Positions 19,555 through 28,638 of a stretch of DNA of 64,000 bases are shown piece after piece (within the stretch, counting starts at the first letter, position 1; the number at the start of each line of letters is the position of its first letter). The notes beneath the pieces were generated by a model. That model saw only the letters and a list, made by a program, of their open reading frames with translations, was not told the DNA's origin and did not search any database. Made by a program: the position numbers and the translations under genes. Origin of the DNA: a virus (lineage: Duplodnaviria; Caudoviricetes); IMG/VR virus record IMGVR_UViG_3300050159_000048. The stretch is one strand, 5' to 3'.

Positions 19555-19561
19555 TATTTAT
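19555..19561 (-). promoter_or_regulatory. Late promoter ATAAATA
   Basis: cATAAATA upstream of 19525. Confidence 0.65.
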
Positions 19562-20646
19562 GAGGTAGTGGGAACCCGTAGTAGGCTAATATGCACTGTG
19601 TTTGCATCATTGTTCTTAACCTCTAGAGTCAGGCGGCCTGCAACTACCGTAGTGGTGAAGGCTAGATTCAGTTTGTCGGCGATCGTGCCGTATACGGAGT
19701 GGTCAGCGACGCCCTGCAATGTGTTATACCCCACTTCACATGCCATTGTGCGATTATCTTGGACGTCAATGGCCCCAAGTAGCCATTTACCACCAGACAC
19801 ATATCTGCCGTTAACAGTATCGACAGTCCTTGTTACACCAGCACCGATGTATACTATTTGCGGATGCCAAATCTTCATATCGGATTGGGACGGCGCACAG
19901 TTGTTTGCTGACGTTGAATGTACTGGGACTCGGGTGACGTCAACTGCAATATCCTCGGAACTTTGGTTTGTTAGTAGGATTTCCAATCCTTGATTGGCAA
20001 CCTCAATGAGCACGATATCATGATTCAGCGAACGTGATCCAACAACTGCGTATTCAACCCCTCTCGGGGTTGAACTCAGCTGAACCAACACTTGCGATGA
20101 TACGCTGGTGGTATCTGATGTTAATGTAATTGCCAGCTTGACAGCCATCATACCTAGGTCTGTGTCCGGAATGAAATCGATTAAGCCCTGTTGTAGAGCT
20201 CGGATCACTACGGTGTTTTGGGAGATTGGGAGATAAGATGTTGCTGCTTGAGGCTGATCATCAACCGGGACAATCTTGCGCGTAGCGTATACCACCAGCC
20301 CAACTAGTTCGCTGTTGGTGATTGACAACACGAGATTGCTACCAACGAGTGTTACAGTCGGGGTAATTGCGAACACACTACCTTCAAATCCGTATGTAAC
20401 AAATGTGGGGTTTGTGCCAGCACGGTGGGTAGCATGTACCTCAAACGTGCGCATGCGGCTACGGTCAGCATTTGTCACAGTTACGATCCACTTTGCTGTT
20501 CGTGCGATGGCTACCGCGATTGAATCTATAGAGGCACTGCTGCTGGCCGCCATAGTTTTTTGAACGGACACAACAGGATAAAAGTCACACACGGTAGAGG
20601 AGCCTGTTGCACACCGTGAATTTGATTTAGCTACGATTACACTCAT
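19558..20646 (-). CDS. Virion protein with three tandem beta-sandwich repeats
   Basis: Three ~100 aa units (AKWIV/AVKLAI/GGKWLL ... YG/YA ... L.L...N). Confidence 0.65.
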   Translation of the reverse strand: MSVIVAKSNSRCATGSSTVCDFYPVVSVQKTMAASSSASIDSIAVAIARTAKWIVTVTNADRSRMRTFEVHATHRAGTNPTFVTYGFEGSVFAITPTVTLVGSNLVLSITNSELVGLVVYATRKIVPVDDQPQAATSYLPISQNTVVIRALQQGLIDFIPDTDLGMMAVKLAITLTSDTTSVSSQVLVQLSSTPRGVEYAVVGSRSLNHDIVLIEVANQGLEILLTNQSSEDIAVDVTRVPVHSTSANNCAPSQSDMKIWHPQIVYIGAGVTRTVDTVNGRYVSGGKWLLGAIDVQDNRTMACEVGYNTLQGVADHSVYGTIADKLNLAFTTTVVAGRLTLEVKNNDANTVHISLLRVPTTS

Positions 20647-20666
20647 AAATCCAACCAGTTAGACCG

Positions 20667-20673
20667 TATTTAT
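20667..20673 (-). promoter_or_regulatory. Late promoter within start-codon-pairing hairpin
   Basis: CTCATAAAT/ATTTATGAG 9-bp inverted repeat 20642-20676. Confidence 0.7.
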
Positions 20674-20700
20674 GAGACGCTTGTGGGGCAATCGGCGGTC

Positions 20701-20707
20701 ATAAATA
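20701..20707 (+). promoter_or_regulatory. Late promoter ATAAATA (divergent)
   Basis: cATAAATA upstream of ATG 20725. Confidence 0.65.
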
Positions 20708-20724
20708 TCACTAAAGGAAGTCAC

Positions 20725-21309
20725 ATGGCCCGCAAATTACTAACCGTTCACTTTACGTCTGCTGGCGTTCCCCAAATCGGACTAACGCCAACGATTGATA
20801 TCTTTGAGCTAAACCCAACCAATCCCGCAAGCAACACTCATGTGGTTGTTGGTGAACCTGCGGTTGAGATTGGATTGGGGTGGTATCGGTATGACTTTAC
20901 CACGTATAGTCCAGCAAAGAGTTACGTATTCACGTTTGATGGTGGGAACACATTGGCTGACTGTGATCGATACCAAATTGGCGGTAATGAAAGTTACGTT
21001 GAAGAGATTGCGTCTTCAGTGTGGGATCAAACTTTGACCGATCACCAAACAACCGGATCTTCAGGATTGGCTTTGTCACAGGTTCAAGCAGACGTTGCTG
21101 AGGTTCGTTTGAATGATGCTGCGATGACCACCCTGTTAGAGACTATGTTGAAATACCAACGTAACCGCACCAAAATTGATGTCAACAATGCTCAGCTGAT
21201 CATCTACGATGACGACTGTGTTACACCTCTTACAACGTTCAACCTACGAGACTTCAGTGGAATGCCTAGCGTCCAAGAGGTTTGCGAACGTGTTCCGACG
21301 ACTTGCTAA
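20725..21309 (+). CDS. Hypothetical structural protein (Ig-like N-terminus)
   Basis: AAGGAAG RBS, ATG 20725; EIGLGWYRYDF. Confidence 0.7.
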   Translation: MARKLLTVHFTSAGVPQIGLTPTIDIFELNPTNPASNTHVVVGEPAVEIGLGWYRYDFTTYSPAKSYVFTFDGGNTLADCDRYQIGGNESYVEEIASSVWDQTLTDHQTTGSSGLALSQVQADVAEVRLNDAAMTTLLETMLKYQRNRTKIDVNNAQLIIYDDDCVTPLTTFNLRDFSGMPSVQEVCERVPTTC

Positions 21310-21722
21310 TGGCCCTCTTCAAACACACCTATAGCGGATTGATTACCAATGGACTAGGCATGCCTGCGTGTTGTGGCATGCTTACAGTGGGGTTCCATCT
21401 ATTTCGATGCAAGATTGAGGTGTTGGAACCACCGGTAGTTCCAGGGGGAGGTGGTGGTGGTGGAGGTATGGTTGTTACACAACCAGGCATTTATGTGCCA
21501 TGGAAGCCGAAACCGAAGGCGCCTAAGCTGGTACAAATCACCGTCAAAATGTCAAATGATAAGGTGTGGCGCAAGGCCTATAAGGTGTCTGATCGACAAG
21601 CTGACAAGTTTGTGCGTGTGATCAACTTCGTCAATGCCACCACCGCCCGCATTGCTGTTGGCGTTGACCAGATCAAGCATGCATCAAAACGGGTGGTAGC
21701 AATCTTCTCCCGCGATAAATAA
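21309..21722 (+). CDS. Hypothetical protein with poly-Gly linker
   Basis: TAATG stop/start overlap at 21307-21311. Confidence 0.65.
   Translation: MALFKHTYSGLITNGLGMPACCGMLTVGFHLFRCKIEVLEPPVVPGGGGGGGGMVVTQPGIYVPWKPKPKAPKLVQITVKMSNDKVWRKAYKVSDRQADKFVRVINFVNATTARIAVGVDQIKHASKRVVAIFSRDK
21715..21721 (+). promoter_or_regulatory. Late promoter ATAAATA
   Basis: gATAAATA upstream of 21742. Confidence 0.6.
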
Positions 21723-21741
21723 TAGTCCAAAGGACAAACCC

Positions 21742-22479
21742 ATGAGCGACGCATCCACTATTAAAATCAATCCAGCCAAGAAGAGTGACCTTGAATTCGA
21801 TGTTATGATTCAGGGCGTGGATGACACTGCTCCTCCAACCGTTCGCTTTGTCATTACCAGCGAAGCGCAGCAGTGTGACTATTCCTTCAAATGCTCACGC
21901 ATTGACGGGGAAGAGTACAAGTGGGTAGCTAAGCTCCCAGCTCTCACACAAGTGCAAGAAAGCAACGTGCCTTTCCGCGTTGAAGTGATCGTTGACGGGT
22001 ATTATTTTGAACCAGCAGCTGGAACTGTAATGTTGGTTACTGATCCTTCCGTCAAGTTCCAACCATCCGTATCTAAACCAAAGGTAACGACGTCGTTTAC
22101 GGTGAAGCAAGACGATGATAAGCCTGCCGAACCGAAGAAACCAGCCAAGGTTAAGGAAGCTGTTGAGGAAGCTGTAACGCTTCCTGAAATCGTTGACCCG
22201 GTCATTGAAACCCCAGCGCCAGTTGAAGAGATTGTTATGGAACAACCAATTGAGATTGTGCCACCTGCCGTAGAGGAAGCATTCAACCCATCTACAATTG
22301 CGCAGAACATCGTCCGATCCACAATCGGTAAGTCTATTGAGCGACCAGCGACACGCGGTCAACTCTTCAAGCGCAGCCAAGATGGCAAGGCTGTTGTTGC
22401 TGGCATTGAATCACCAGCGGATAAAGCGGCAAAACGCGCCAAAGAGGCGCGTGTCAAGGAAATCTTGGGATCTAATTAA
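21742..22479 (+). CDS. Hypothetical protein
   Basis: 245 aa; beta-rich N-domain plus Glu/Pro-rich linker; AAGGA RBS. Confidence 0.7.
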   Translation: MSDASTIKINPAKKSDLEFDVMIQGVDDTAPPTVRFVITSEAQQCDYSFKCSRIDGEEYKWVAKLPALTQVQESNVPFRVEVIVDGYYFEPAAGTVMLVTDPSVKFQPSVSKPKVTTSFTVKQDDDKPAEPKKPAKVKEAVEEAVTLPEIVDPVIETPAPVEEIVMEQPIEIVPPAVEEAFNPSTIAQNIVRSTIGKSIERPATRGQLFKRSQDGKAVVAGIESPADKAAKRAKEARVKEILGSN

Positions 22480-23036
22480 CTGGGCAGAATTAGCCCAGTT
22501 GCTTGCACTTGTTGAACCACTTTGAGTAGGTGCTTGCACAAACCCGGCACTTGGTTGGGGTTAACTGGCGGGCGATTGGTCTTTTTCACGTACGGGGGCG
22601 GCGGCTTTCCAACCAAAGACTTGTCTTGCGCATTGTAGTTTGCGAACCGGTAGTGGAAGTCCATGCAGTTGCACCGAACTTTTGCGTTGTGCATCGCAAG
22701 ATTGATTGGAGCAGCGTGGAACTCTGTTCCATCCGCAGCTTGCAACGTAATGACGCCGGAACCACTCTGAGAGCTAAATGGAACCTTGGTCAACTGAATT
22801 GCTTGCTTATATGGATTACCGTTGCTGACTGTGTTTGACCGAATGTGCAACATCTTCATGCCGAGATACGGGATGTACTCGATGGCCTGAACCGTTACCT
22901 CGCCTGTGGCGTGTTGCCGTTTTTTGGTCGTGGGGAATTCACGCTCAATGTTATCTTCCAGATCGGACACAGTTGAAACTTCGTTCAGCTGATTCACGAT
23001 CCGTTCGCCCCGAATTGTCCACAATTGTTCAGTCAT
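22476..23036 (-). CDS. SWIM zinc-finger protein
   Basis: VRCNCMDF...CKHL (CxC...CxH). Confidence 0.7.
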   Translation of the reverse strand: MTEQLWTIRGERIVNQLNEVSTVSDLEDNIEREFPTTKKRQHATGEVTVQAIEYIPYLGMKMLHIRSNTVSNGNPYKQAIQLTKVPFSSQSGSGVITLQAADGTEFHAAPINLAMHNAKVRCNCMDFHYRFANYNAQDKSLVGKPPPPYVKKTNRPPVNPNQVPGLCKHLLKVVQQVQATGLILPS

Positions 23037-23063
23037 AGGTAGGTGTCTCCACCTACCTATTTA
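23035..23063 (-). promoter_or_regulatory. Late promoter TAAATA overlapping an RBS-occluding hairpin
   Basis: Minus: TAAATAGGTAGGTG-GAGA-CACCTACCTATG; 11-bp stem. Confidence 0.75.
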
Positions 23064-23070
23064 CTGAATC

Positions 23071-24216
23071 TCACGAAGTGAGATTGTGATCGCTCGTCAA
23101 GACGTTGTCGAACTCACCAACCAAGGGCTGCTGAAGCGACATGTACTGCTGACGAACAGCGGATTCAGGCACGCTCTTATCACCACGAGTCTGCTGGCGA
23201 GCCAACACCGTGTCCAACGACACCGGCATCAGCACAGCAACAGTGTGGAAACCATGCTTCTTGGCGACTCGCAAATACCAACCACGACGCTTGGCCGACA
23301 GGTTCGTGTTGTCAACATACAGGTGGCGGCCAGCAGCCCACGCCTCCTTAGCCATCTGGTGAAAACGAGCATTCGCTCGCAACTCAAACGACTTGTCCTT
23401 CACAGAGCCCTCATACGCCTTAGCGTAGTCGTCAGCATCGTAGAACTCATGGCGCAGCAGATCCAGGGAAAACACATCGATCTGCTCACCGTCGTTGGCA
23501 GCGTTCGCCTGCGCCTGCCGCAGGAACGTGCTCTTGCCAGCGCCAGACGGAGCGATCGGCATCCACAGGGAGGGAACGTGTTCGGTACGGTCGCACGCAA
23601 CAACCGCGTTCTTCGCTCGGGCACGCATCTGCTCAACCCACTCATCAGAGTTGCGACGCTTGGTGTTGCTGTCGTCACTGATACGGCCGTACTGATCCGA
23701 CAGCAGAGCACGGAACCAAACCTGGGGCATGTTCTCCCCCATCGAATTGACGGTAGCAGCCAAGAAGTCCAGCTTCGTTTCGTCGGTGATAGACCAGGGC
23801 ATGTGGTGTTCGATCATCCAGCTGACGGCGCGGATGTCCTTAGCCGACAGCAGCTTGTTCGACGTGGCGTAGTCTTCGAACATGCGAGCAGAGATCAGTT
23901 CGTGACCACCGTACCTCCGGTATTCCCCACGCTCCTGACTCCACACAGTCTTTTCAGCCGCAGGCTTACCGACGTCGTGGAAAGCACACACAAGCGCACC
24001 AAGGTAGTCGTACCAACCCCACGGCTCAGCAAAAAATTCGCATTCAGCATCAGTACGGTCGAGATATTCTTGCACAACCATTTGGGTGTGAACCAACACA
24101 TTCGCTTCGCGGTGCCAGGGGCTGCCTTCCACGGTGCGTTCCATGCGCTGGAACATGGGGGTGGTTTGCAGATCAGCAAACAGCTTCACGAATTGGGTGC
24201 GGTAGGTGTCAGTCAT
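23071..24216 (-). CDS. HD phosphohydrolase fused to P-loop polynucleotide kinase (AAA_33-like)
   Basis: HREANVLVHT...FHDVGK...HELIS...EHH HD domain; APSGAGKST, SLDLLR, VDNTN kinase motifs. Confidence 0.8.
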   Translation of the reverse strand: MTDTYRTQFVKLFADLQTTPMFQRMERTVEGSPWHREANVLVHTQMVVQEYLDRTDAECEFFAEPWGWYDYLGALVCAFHDVGKPAAEKTVWSQERGEYRRYGGHELISARMFEDYATSNKLLSAKDIRAVSWMIEHHMPWSITDETKLDFLAATVNSMGENMPQVWFRALLSDQYGRISDDSNTKRRNSDEWVEQMRARAKNAVVACDRTEHVPSLWMPIAPSGAGKSTFLRQAQANAANDGEQIDVFSLDLLRHEFYDADDYAKAYEGSVKDKSFELRANARFHQMAKEAWAAGRHLYVDNTNLSAKRRGWYLRVAKKHGFHTVAVLMPVSLDTVLARQQTRGDKSVPESAVRQQYMSLQQPLVGEFDNVLTSDHNLTS

Positions 24217-24239
24217 TACGTTCTCCGAAAGTTTCGGTG

Positions 24240-24268
24240 ACTATAACGACTTTCCCCTTAACAGTCAA
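24240..24268 (-). promoter_or_regulatory. sigma70-type promoter for the HD-kinase gene
   Basis: TTGACT-N17-TATAGT; the -35 overlaps the terL stop. Confidence 0.75.
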
Positions 24269-25863
24269 CCCAATACCATATCCGCCATTCCGTCATCATC
24301 GTCATCACTGCGGCGATCCGATGTTAACCAGTTGCTTGACGATCCAGAGTCGCTGAGATAAGCGTGTGAGTACAGCTTATCATATGCGTCCTGGTCAAAC
24401 GTTGAGATTTCGCTCAGTAGTCGAACAACCAGCACAGTAGCCATCACCAAGTCGTCGGTTGCCCCGATCTTTGCAGCATATGATCCACGAGCACGGATGA
24501 AGTTCTGCAGCTCGCGCACAGTAACGAGCGATTTCACGTGCATGCTATTGCGTTCAATCATTTCCTTCAAGGCAAGGCAGCCTTGAATCTTGGTCTTACC
24601 CGACGTTGTCATTCCACGACGTTTTTGGCCGGTTTCTGACACAAATTCCGCTGTAATCGGAGGATCTTCATCAGCTTCATAGAGGGCAATAATAGCTTCA
24701 CCGACACCGTTGTTCTCTACGGAGAAATATACGGTTGATCCTGCCCGCTCAAAGATACGCAGCATCTTTTTAAGCATGTGATACCCTGCAACGGACGACA
24801 TCGTGTTTGTACGAAACTCAGCGACTTGATCCATTGACGGGAATTCATACGCCACAATTGCTGTGTAATCTTCTCCGGATCCTGTTGCAGCGTCCATGCC
24901 AATGAGATAGGTGTTGTGCTGCATCGGCTCCTTGTAGAACACAATCTCGCCAGCAATACCAATTGGTTTGATTTTTTCGGTGACAGCCGCAAGGTTCTTT
25001 AGTGTGACAGAGTCGATCAGCAGGGGATCGCTAGAAATAAATTCACACTCATATTCCTGTTTCCACCGCGTTTCGCCAATCTTGGCTGTTTCTTCGTCTT
25101 TGAATTTCTTGTCACGGCCGGGTGGTTCATCCCACTTGACCTCGATTGGTGCGAAGCCGTTAATACCAACCGTCTTATCGTCAGGCGACGGAATATTTGC
25201 ACCTCGCCACAACTGAGCGAAGCGGTTGATGTCGCCGTTAGGCGTTGAACAGATAATACACGAACCACCGGTTGCTAGGGTAGGTGATACAGATGTCCAA
25301 AATTCTTCAGCAATACTGTCACGCACGAATGCAAATTCGTCAAGGAACAGTAGTGAAATAGATAGACCGCGACCGGTATTTTCAGACGTTGCTTGGGATA
25401 TGATACGGCTACCGTTGTCGAAACCACAGCTGTGCTTGTTCCATCCGTCAGCTGACAGTCCTGGCTTCAACCAATGCGGAACGCGTTCGTAGATAAACCG
25501 AACACGGTGAATCATTTCCATAGCGTTGTCGTTCTTGTTAGATGCAATTACGACAGTCTTTTCAAAGTGGAACATTGCAAACCATAAAAGAAAAGCACCT
25601 GCGATCCAAGATTTACCAATCTGGCGAGGTGCTAGTGCGATGGACAATCGGTTGTTTGCAAATGTGCTAATAATTCGGCGCTGATACGGACGCAGCGCGA
25701 ATCGAATAGAACCTTCAACAGCGTGTTGAATTTGACAATAGGTGTCGATGAAGTATTCAGCGTCTGCAGCGCAACGCTGCAGCTCAAGAATCTGATCGGT
25801 GGTGTATTCGTGCTGTTCGTTAGCACGCTTTAGATAAGGGTTTTTTGGGGCTGCCATGCCCAC
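24265..25863 (-). CDS. terL: Terminase large subunit (T4 gp17-like)
   Basis: LRPYQ, APRQIGKS, LFLDEFAF, STPNG, QEYECEF, IGMDAATG, VENNGVG, DDLVMA. Confidence 0.95.
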   Translation of the reverse strand: MGMAAPKNPYLKRANEQHEYTTDQILELQRCAADAEYFIDTYCQIQHAVEGSIRFALRPYQRRIISTFANNRLSIALAPRQIGKSWIAGAFLLWFAMFHFEKTVVIASNKNDNAMEMIHRVRFIYERVPHWLKPGLSADGWNKHSCGFDNGSRIISQATSENTGRGLSISLLFLDEFAFVRDSIAEEFWTSVSPTLATGGSCIICSTPNGDINRFAQLWRGANIPSPDDKTVGINGFAPIEVKWDEPPGRDKKFKDEETAKIGETRWKQEYECEFISSDPLLIDSVTLKNLAAVTEKIKPIGIAGEIVFYKEPMQHNTYLIGMDAATGSGEDYTAIVAYEFPSMDQVAEFRTNTMSSVAGYHMLKKMLRIFERAGSTVYFSVENNGVGEAIIALYEADEDPPITAEFVSETGQKRRGMTTSGKTKIQGCLALKEMIERNSMHVKSLVTVRELQNFIRARGSYAAKIGATDDLVMATVLVVRLLSEISTFDQDAYDKLYSHAYLSDSGSSSNWLTSDRRSDDDDDGMADMVLG

Positions 25864-25892
25864 TATATATCAAACAAAAATGCGGAGTTACC

Positions 25893-26336
25893 TTACTTTT
25901 TGTTGAATAATGCGCGGAGGATCTCGTTTCTGTCCGCAATAATCACGTCAGCTTTACCGGATCCTTGAGGCATTCCAGTAGCATCAGGAGCACGGGATGA
26001 CAGTTTGTCTTTATGCATTTTCAATTGCGCCTTCTCACGGGCAGCGCTCAGTGCTACGTTTAGCATTGTAGCTGTTACCTCACCGATCCGAGCTTTGTGG
26101 CGGCCTTCGACTCGAGCCATTTCATCACTGATCGCGGATACCTGCGACATTGCAACGTCGTAAATCTCTTGATATTGTGTGTCAACTTCGGTATCTTTGT
26201 CGTCGTAAGTTAGAGGCGTTACAACCATGGACGGCACAGCTTCAACAAACTCAGTTATTGTTGTGCCTGGCTCAATATCGAATACCTGTTCGAGCGGATG
26301 CTCGATCAGTTTCTCTTTTGTAACGGTGTTTGTCAT
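25893..26336 (-). CDS. Putative terminase small subunit
   Basis: Directly upstream of terL; helical, ARIGEV...ADRNEIL resembles gp16-like proteins. Confidence 0.55.
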   Translation of the reverse strand: MTNTVTKEKLIEHPLEQVFDIEPGTTITEFVEAVPSMVVTPLTYDDKDTEVDTQYQEIYDVAMSQVSAISDEMARVEGRHKARIGEVTATMLNVALSAAREKAQLKMHKDKLSSRAPDATGMPQGSGKADVIIADRNEILRALFNKK

Positions 26337-26767
26337 TTGAAAATCGACTTCTCTGTAATGATTCTGAATCCCCAGCCTTTTTGATCACATAGCTGACGAG
26401 CTGCTGCCCACTTGGCTTGGTTGACAGCAAATGTTAACTGCTCATACGCTCGGTACTTTGAGTTACCTCGAGGCGACGATGTTTGCGATCTAGGCTTCAC
26501 TTCGATCAATTCTTCCTTGATCTCTCCGTCGCTGGTCACATACTGCACCCAATAATCCGGATAGTATTTGTGCAACCGCCCATCGGTTGGCTTTAGGTAC
26601 GGGATTGAGAATGGCTCACTTGACCATTTTAATACGCGTTGATTGTTGTCAAAGAATGAATGTGTCTCATATTCATAAGAAGACATATAACGGATCTTCG
26701 ACAAATCACCAACGTATTTATCAGGGTTTTTGGGTACGTAGTACCCCTGCATGAACGCTTTAGCCAT
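26333..26767 (-). CDS. Head completion nuclease (T4 gp4-like, TnsA-like fold)
   Basis: QGYY.PKNPDKY, YMSSYE, WSSEP..IPY, YYPDY, IEVKP, NQAKW.AA. Confidence 0.9.
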   Translation of the reverse strand: MAKAFMQGYYVPKNPDKYVGDLSKIRYMSSYEYETHSFFDNNQRVLKWSSEPFSIPYLKPTDGRLHKYYPDYWVQYVTSDGEIKEELIEVKPRSQTSSPRGNSKYRAYEQLTFAVNQAKWAAARQLCDQKGWGFRIITEKSIFK

Positions 26768-26770
26768 GGT

Positions 26771-28201
26771 TTATCCAAGAATGTCAAATCCACTCATTGG
26801 ATTACTGAATTTGGATGATAGATCGCTTGCTGCGGTTACAGCCGAACTGTACAGCGTTTGAGCTTGAGCTGTTGCCGTATTCATCAGGTTCTGTGCAGAC
26901 GTGCTCAAGCTTGACAGCGGGTTGCTAACAACCGATGCGAGTGTAGATGACTTGTTTGGTGCTCCGACATACCGTAGCGGATAGTACGCACCACGTTGAA
27001 GATCGGCAAACGAAGCCGTTGACATATCAACATCAGGCTCGAGGTACAAACTGTCATATCCAAATGTCAGGGACAGTTCGTTCCCTTCGCTTCCTGCTGA
27101 CATATCAACATCATCGAGGGCGAGCGTAGTGATACGTGGGTTGGAGAAGTGCCATACATTCATCCGGTTGCCGTTGTCGAAGATGTGGTACATGCGGATC
27201 TCAGAGAAGATACTTTTTACATCTTTGTTTAGAGGACCGGTAGATGCAGAGTACACGTTTGCGGGAATGTGCTGCAAAATTTGATCTGCTGCGAGCACAC
27301 TAGTGTCACTGTACGACATGCTATCCTGCTCTAGGATGCTTGGTGTTGTCCCGCCGTTGCTTGGGTTCATGCCAGATGACGGAATCATGGCACGCAAGTA
27401 GGAGTGATAGAACGTGGTGGCGTAGTTCATATTGTCGTCGTGGAACGACATGGTCATGTCTTCGTACTCTGTTTTAGTAAGAATTTTGGTACGATGGCCG
27501 TAATAGTTTGCGTCTTCGTATATGAACTTAGGATTTGGCCGCGTAGACTTCTTTACAGCAAAGGCCATGTTCAATGGCCCGGTGGCCGTATTCAGCTCAG
27601 CGTACGCTCCGTTTACCACGAATTCAATTACAAACAAGAATTTGTATTTTGGTGCTCGAGCAATCAGGTCAACGGCGTATGGGGAATACTGGCAGTGTTC
27701 TCCTAGCGATGATTGCACGTCGTCCCCACCAGGCGTAAAGATGCTGCGGCCGAGACGTTCCAAGTTCTGGAAGTCTTGTAGTACATTGGGGATGTCACGA
27801 GCTTTGAATTTGCCACGTTTAACGGAGTCAAACACTACCTTTGCCTGTCCGTATGCCTGGTTTGCAATTTCGGGATGGAAGCCGCGTAGGGTGTCGACTA
27901 CGGAGGGGGCAATGCCCGTTGTTTCAAGCACCCAGTTTGCACCGTTGTCAATGGATGATCCAATCGAAGACGGGAGTGCTCCGTTCCCCACACGAATGGT
28001 GTTTGAGATGCTGGCAAGAGTGCGTAGTCCTGCACCGACTTTGCCGGCGCCCACACTATTCAATACGGCTAGGTCACCGACTTTGCCTATAGCATTGAAA
28101 AAGTCGCGGCGAGCACTCGTCGCACTGCCAATGCTTGCGCCACTACGGTCAGCATAAGATGGCTCACATTGTTTAACGGTAAAAGTACGTGGATCACCCA
28201 T
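26771..28201 (-). CDS. Tail-tube-like baseplate/tube initiator protein (gp54/gp48-like)
   Basis: Tube-fold segment KSTRPNPKF...YEDMTMSFHDD...LTFGYD. Confidence 0.6.
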   Translation of the reverse strand: MGDPRTFTVKQCEPSYADRSGASIGSATSARRDFFNAIGKVGDLAVLNSVGAGKVGAGLRTLASISNTIRVGNGALPSSIGSSIDNGANWVLETTGIAPSVVDTLRGFHPEIANQAYGQAKVVFDSVKRGKFKARDIPNVLQDFQNLERLGRSIFTPGGDDVQSSLGEHCQYSPYAVDLIARAPKYKFLFVIEFVVNGAYAELNTATGPLNMAFAVKKSTRPNPKFIYEDANYYGHRTKILTKTEYEDMTMSFHDDNMNYATTFYHSYLRAMIPSSGMNPSNGGTTPSILEQDSMSYSDTSVLAADQILQHIPANVYSASTGPLNKDVKSIFSEIRMYHIFDNGNRMNVWHFSNPRITTLALDDVDMSAGSEGNELSLTFGYDSLYLEPDVDMSTASFADLQRGAYYPLRYVGAPNKSSTLASVVSNPLSSLSTSAQNLMNTATAQAQTLYSSAVTAASDLSSKFSNPMSGFDILG

Positions 28202-28233
28202 GAAAATCTCCAGATTTGGAGTATTTATGGGTG
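28195..28233 (-). promoter_or_regulatory. Late promoter ATAAATA (28222-28228) inside an RBS/ATG-occluding hairpin
   Basis: Minus: CACCCATAAATACTCCA-AATC-TGGAGATTTTCATGGGTG. Confidence 0.75.
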
Positions 28234-28602
28234 CGTAAACTTCCTCTGCCTCCAGTGATCAGCTCGAATTTCAACTGTCAGCAGCTCTTCGTGCAACCAG
28301 TTAGCGGACTGAATCCAGCACCCTTCGAGAGTACCTGAGTAATCCGTATCCAGGCCCAGAAGCTCAAGACTGCATTTTGCTGAGAGTCCAGACCTGAGCT
28401 GTGCGTCCAGTTGTTCGTTGATCAGTGACGCCAAGTGCTGATTATCAGCAGTTAGAGGGATATTGATAGTCACTGGAGCCCACACCAACCCAACGGTATG
28501 CTGACTGTTTATGGGATTGGTTATTGTTGCCGATTCAACGACGCCATCACCAACGGCCATTTTGTGGGCCGCTGTTGTTATTGTTATTGCTGCATTAGTC
28601 AT
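28225..28602 (-). CDS. Hypothetical protein, probably early
   Basis: Open frame; ATG 28602 lies 7 nt after a sigma70 -10. Confidence 0.6.
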   Translation of the reverse strand: MTNAAITITTAAHKMAVGDGVVESATITNPINSQHTVGLVWAPVTINIPLTADNQHLASLINEQLDAQLRSGLSAKCSLELLGLDTDYSGTLEGCWIQSANWLHEELLTVEIRADHWRQRKFTHP

Positions 28603-28608
28603 CCGGTT

Positions 28609-28637
28609 AGCGTAACCCCGCTCATTCAACAAGTCAA
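28609..28637 (-). promoter_or_regulatory. sigma70-type promoter
   Basis: TTGACT-N17-TACGCT immediately after the tail-tube terminator. Confidence 0.65.
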
Positions 28638-28638
28638 C

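Noticed and set aside
22478-22500. AACTGGGC/GCCCAGTT hairpin as a terminator
   Set aside because: It lies inside the SWIM coding sequence and has no convincing U-tract. A weak termination role for the plus-strand operon remains possible but unsupported.
23086-24240. 384 aa plus-strand ORF as a real overlapping gene
   Set aside because: It is in exact codon register with the HD-kinase gene, has no RBS or motifs, and is explained by avoidance of TTA/CTA/TCA codons.
26333-26767. TnsA-like transposase
   Set aside because: Motifs and position beside the terminase indicate the T4 gp4 head-completion nuclease.
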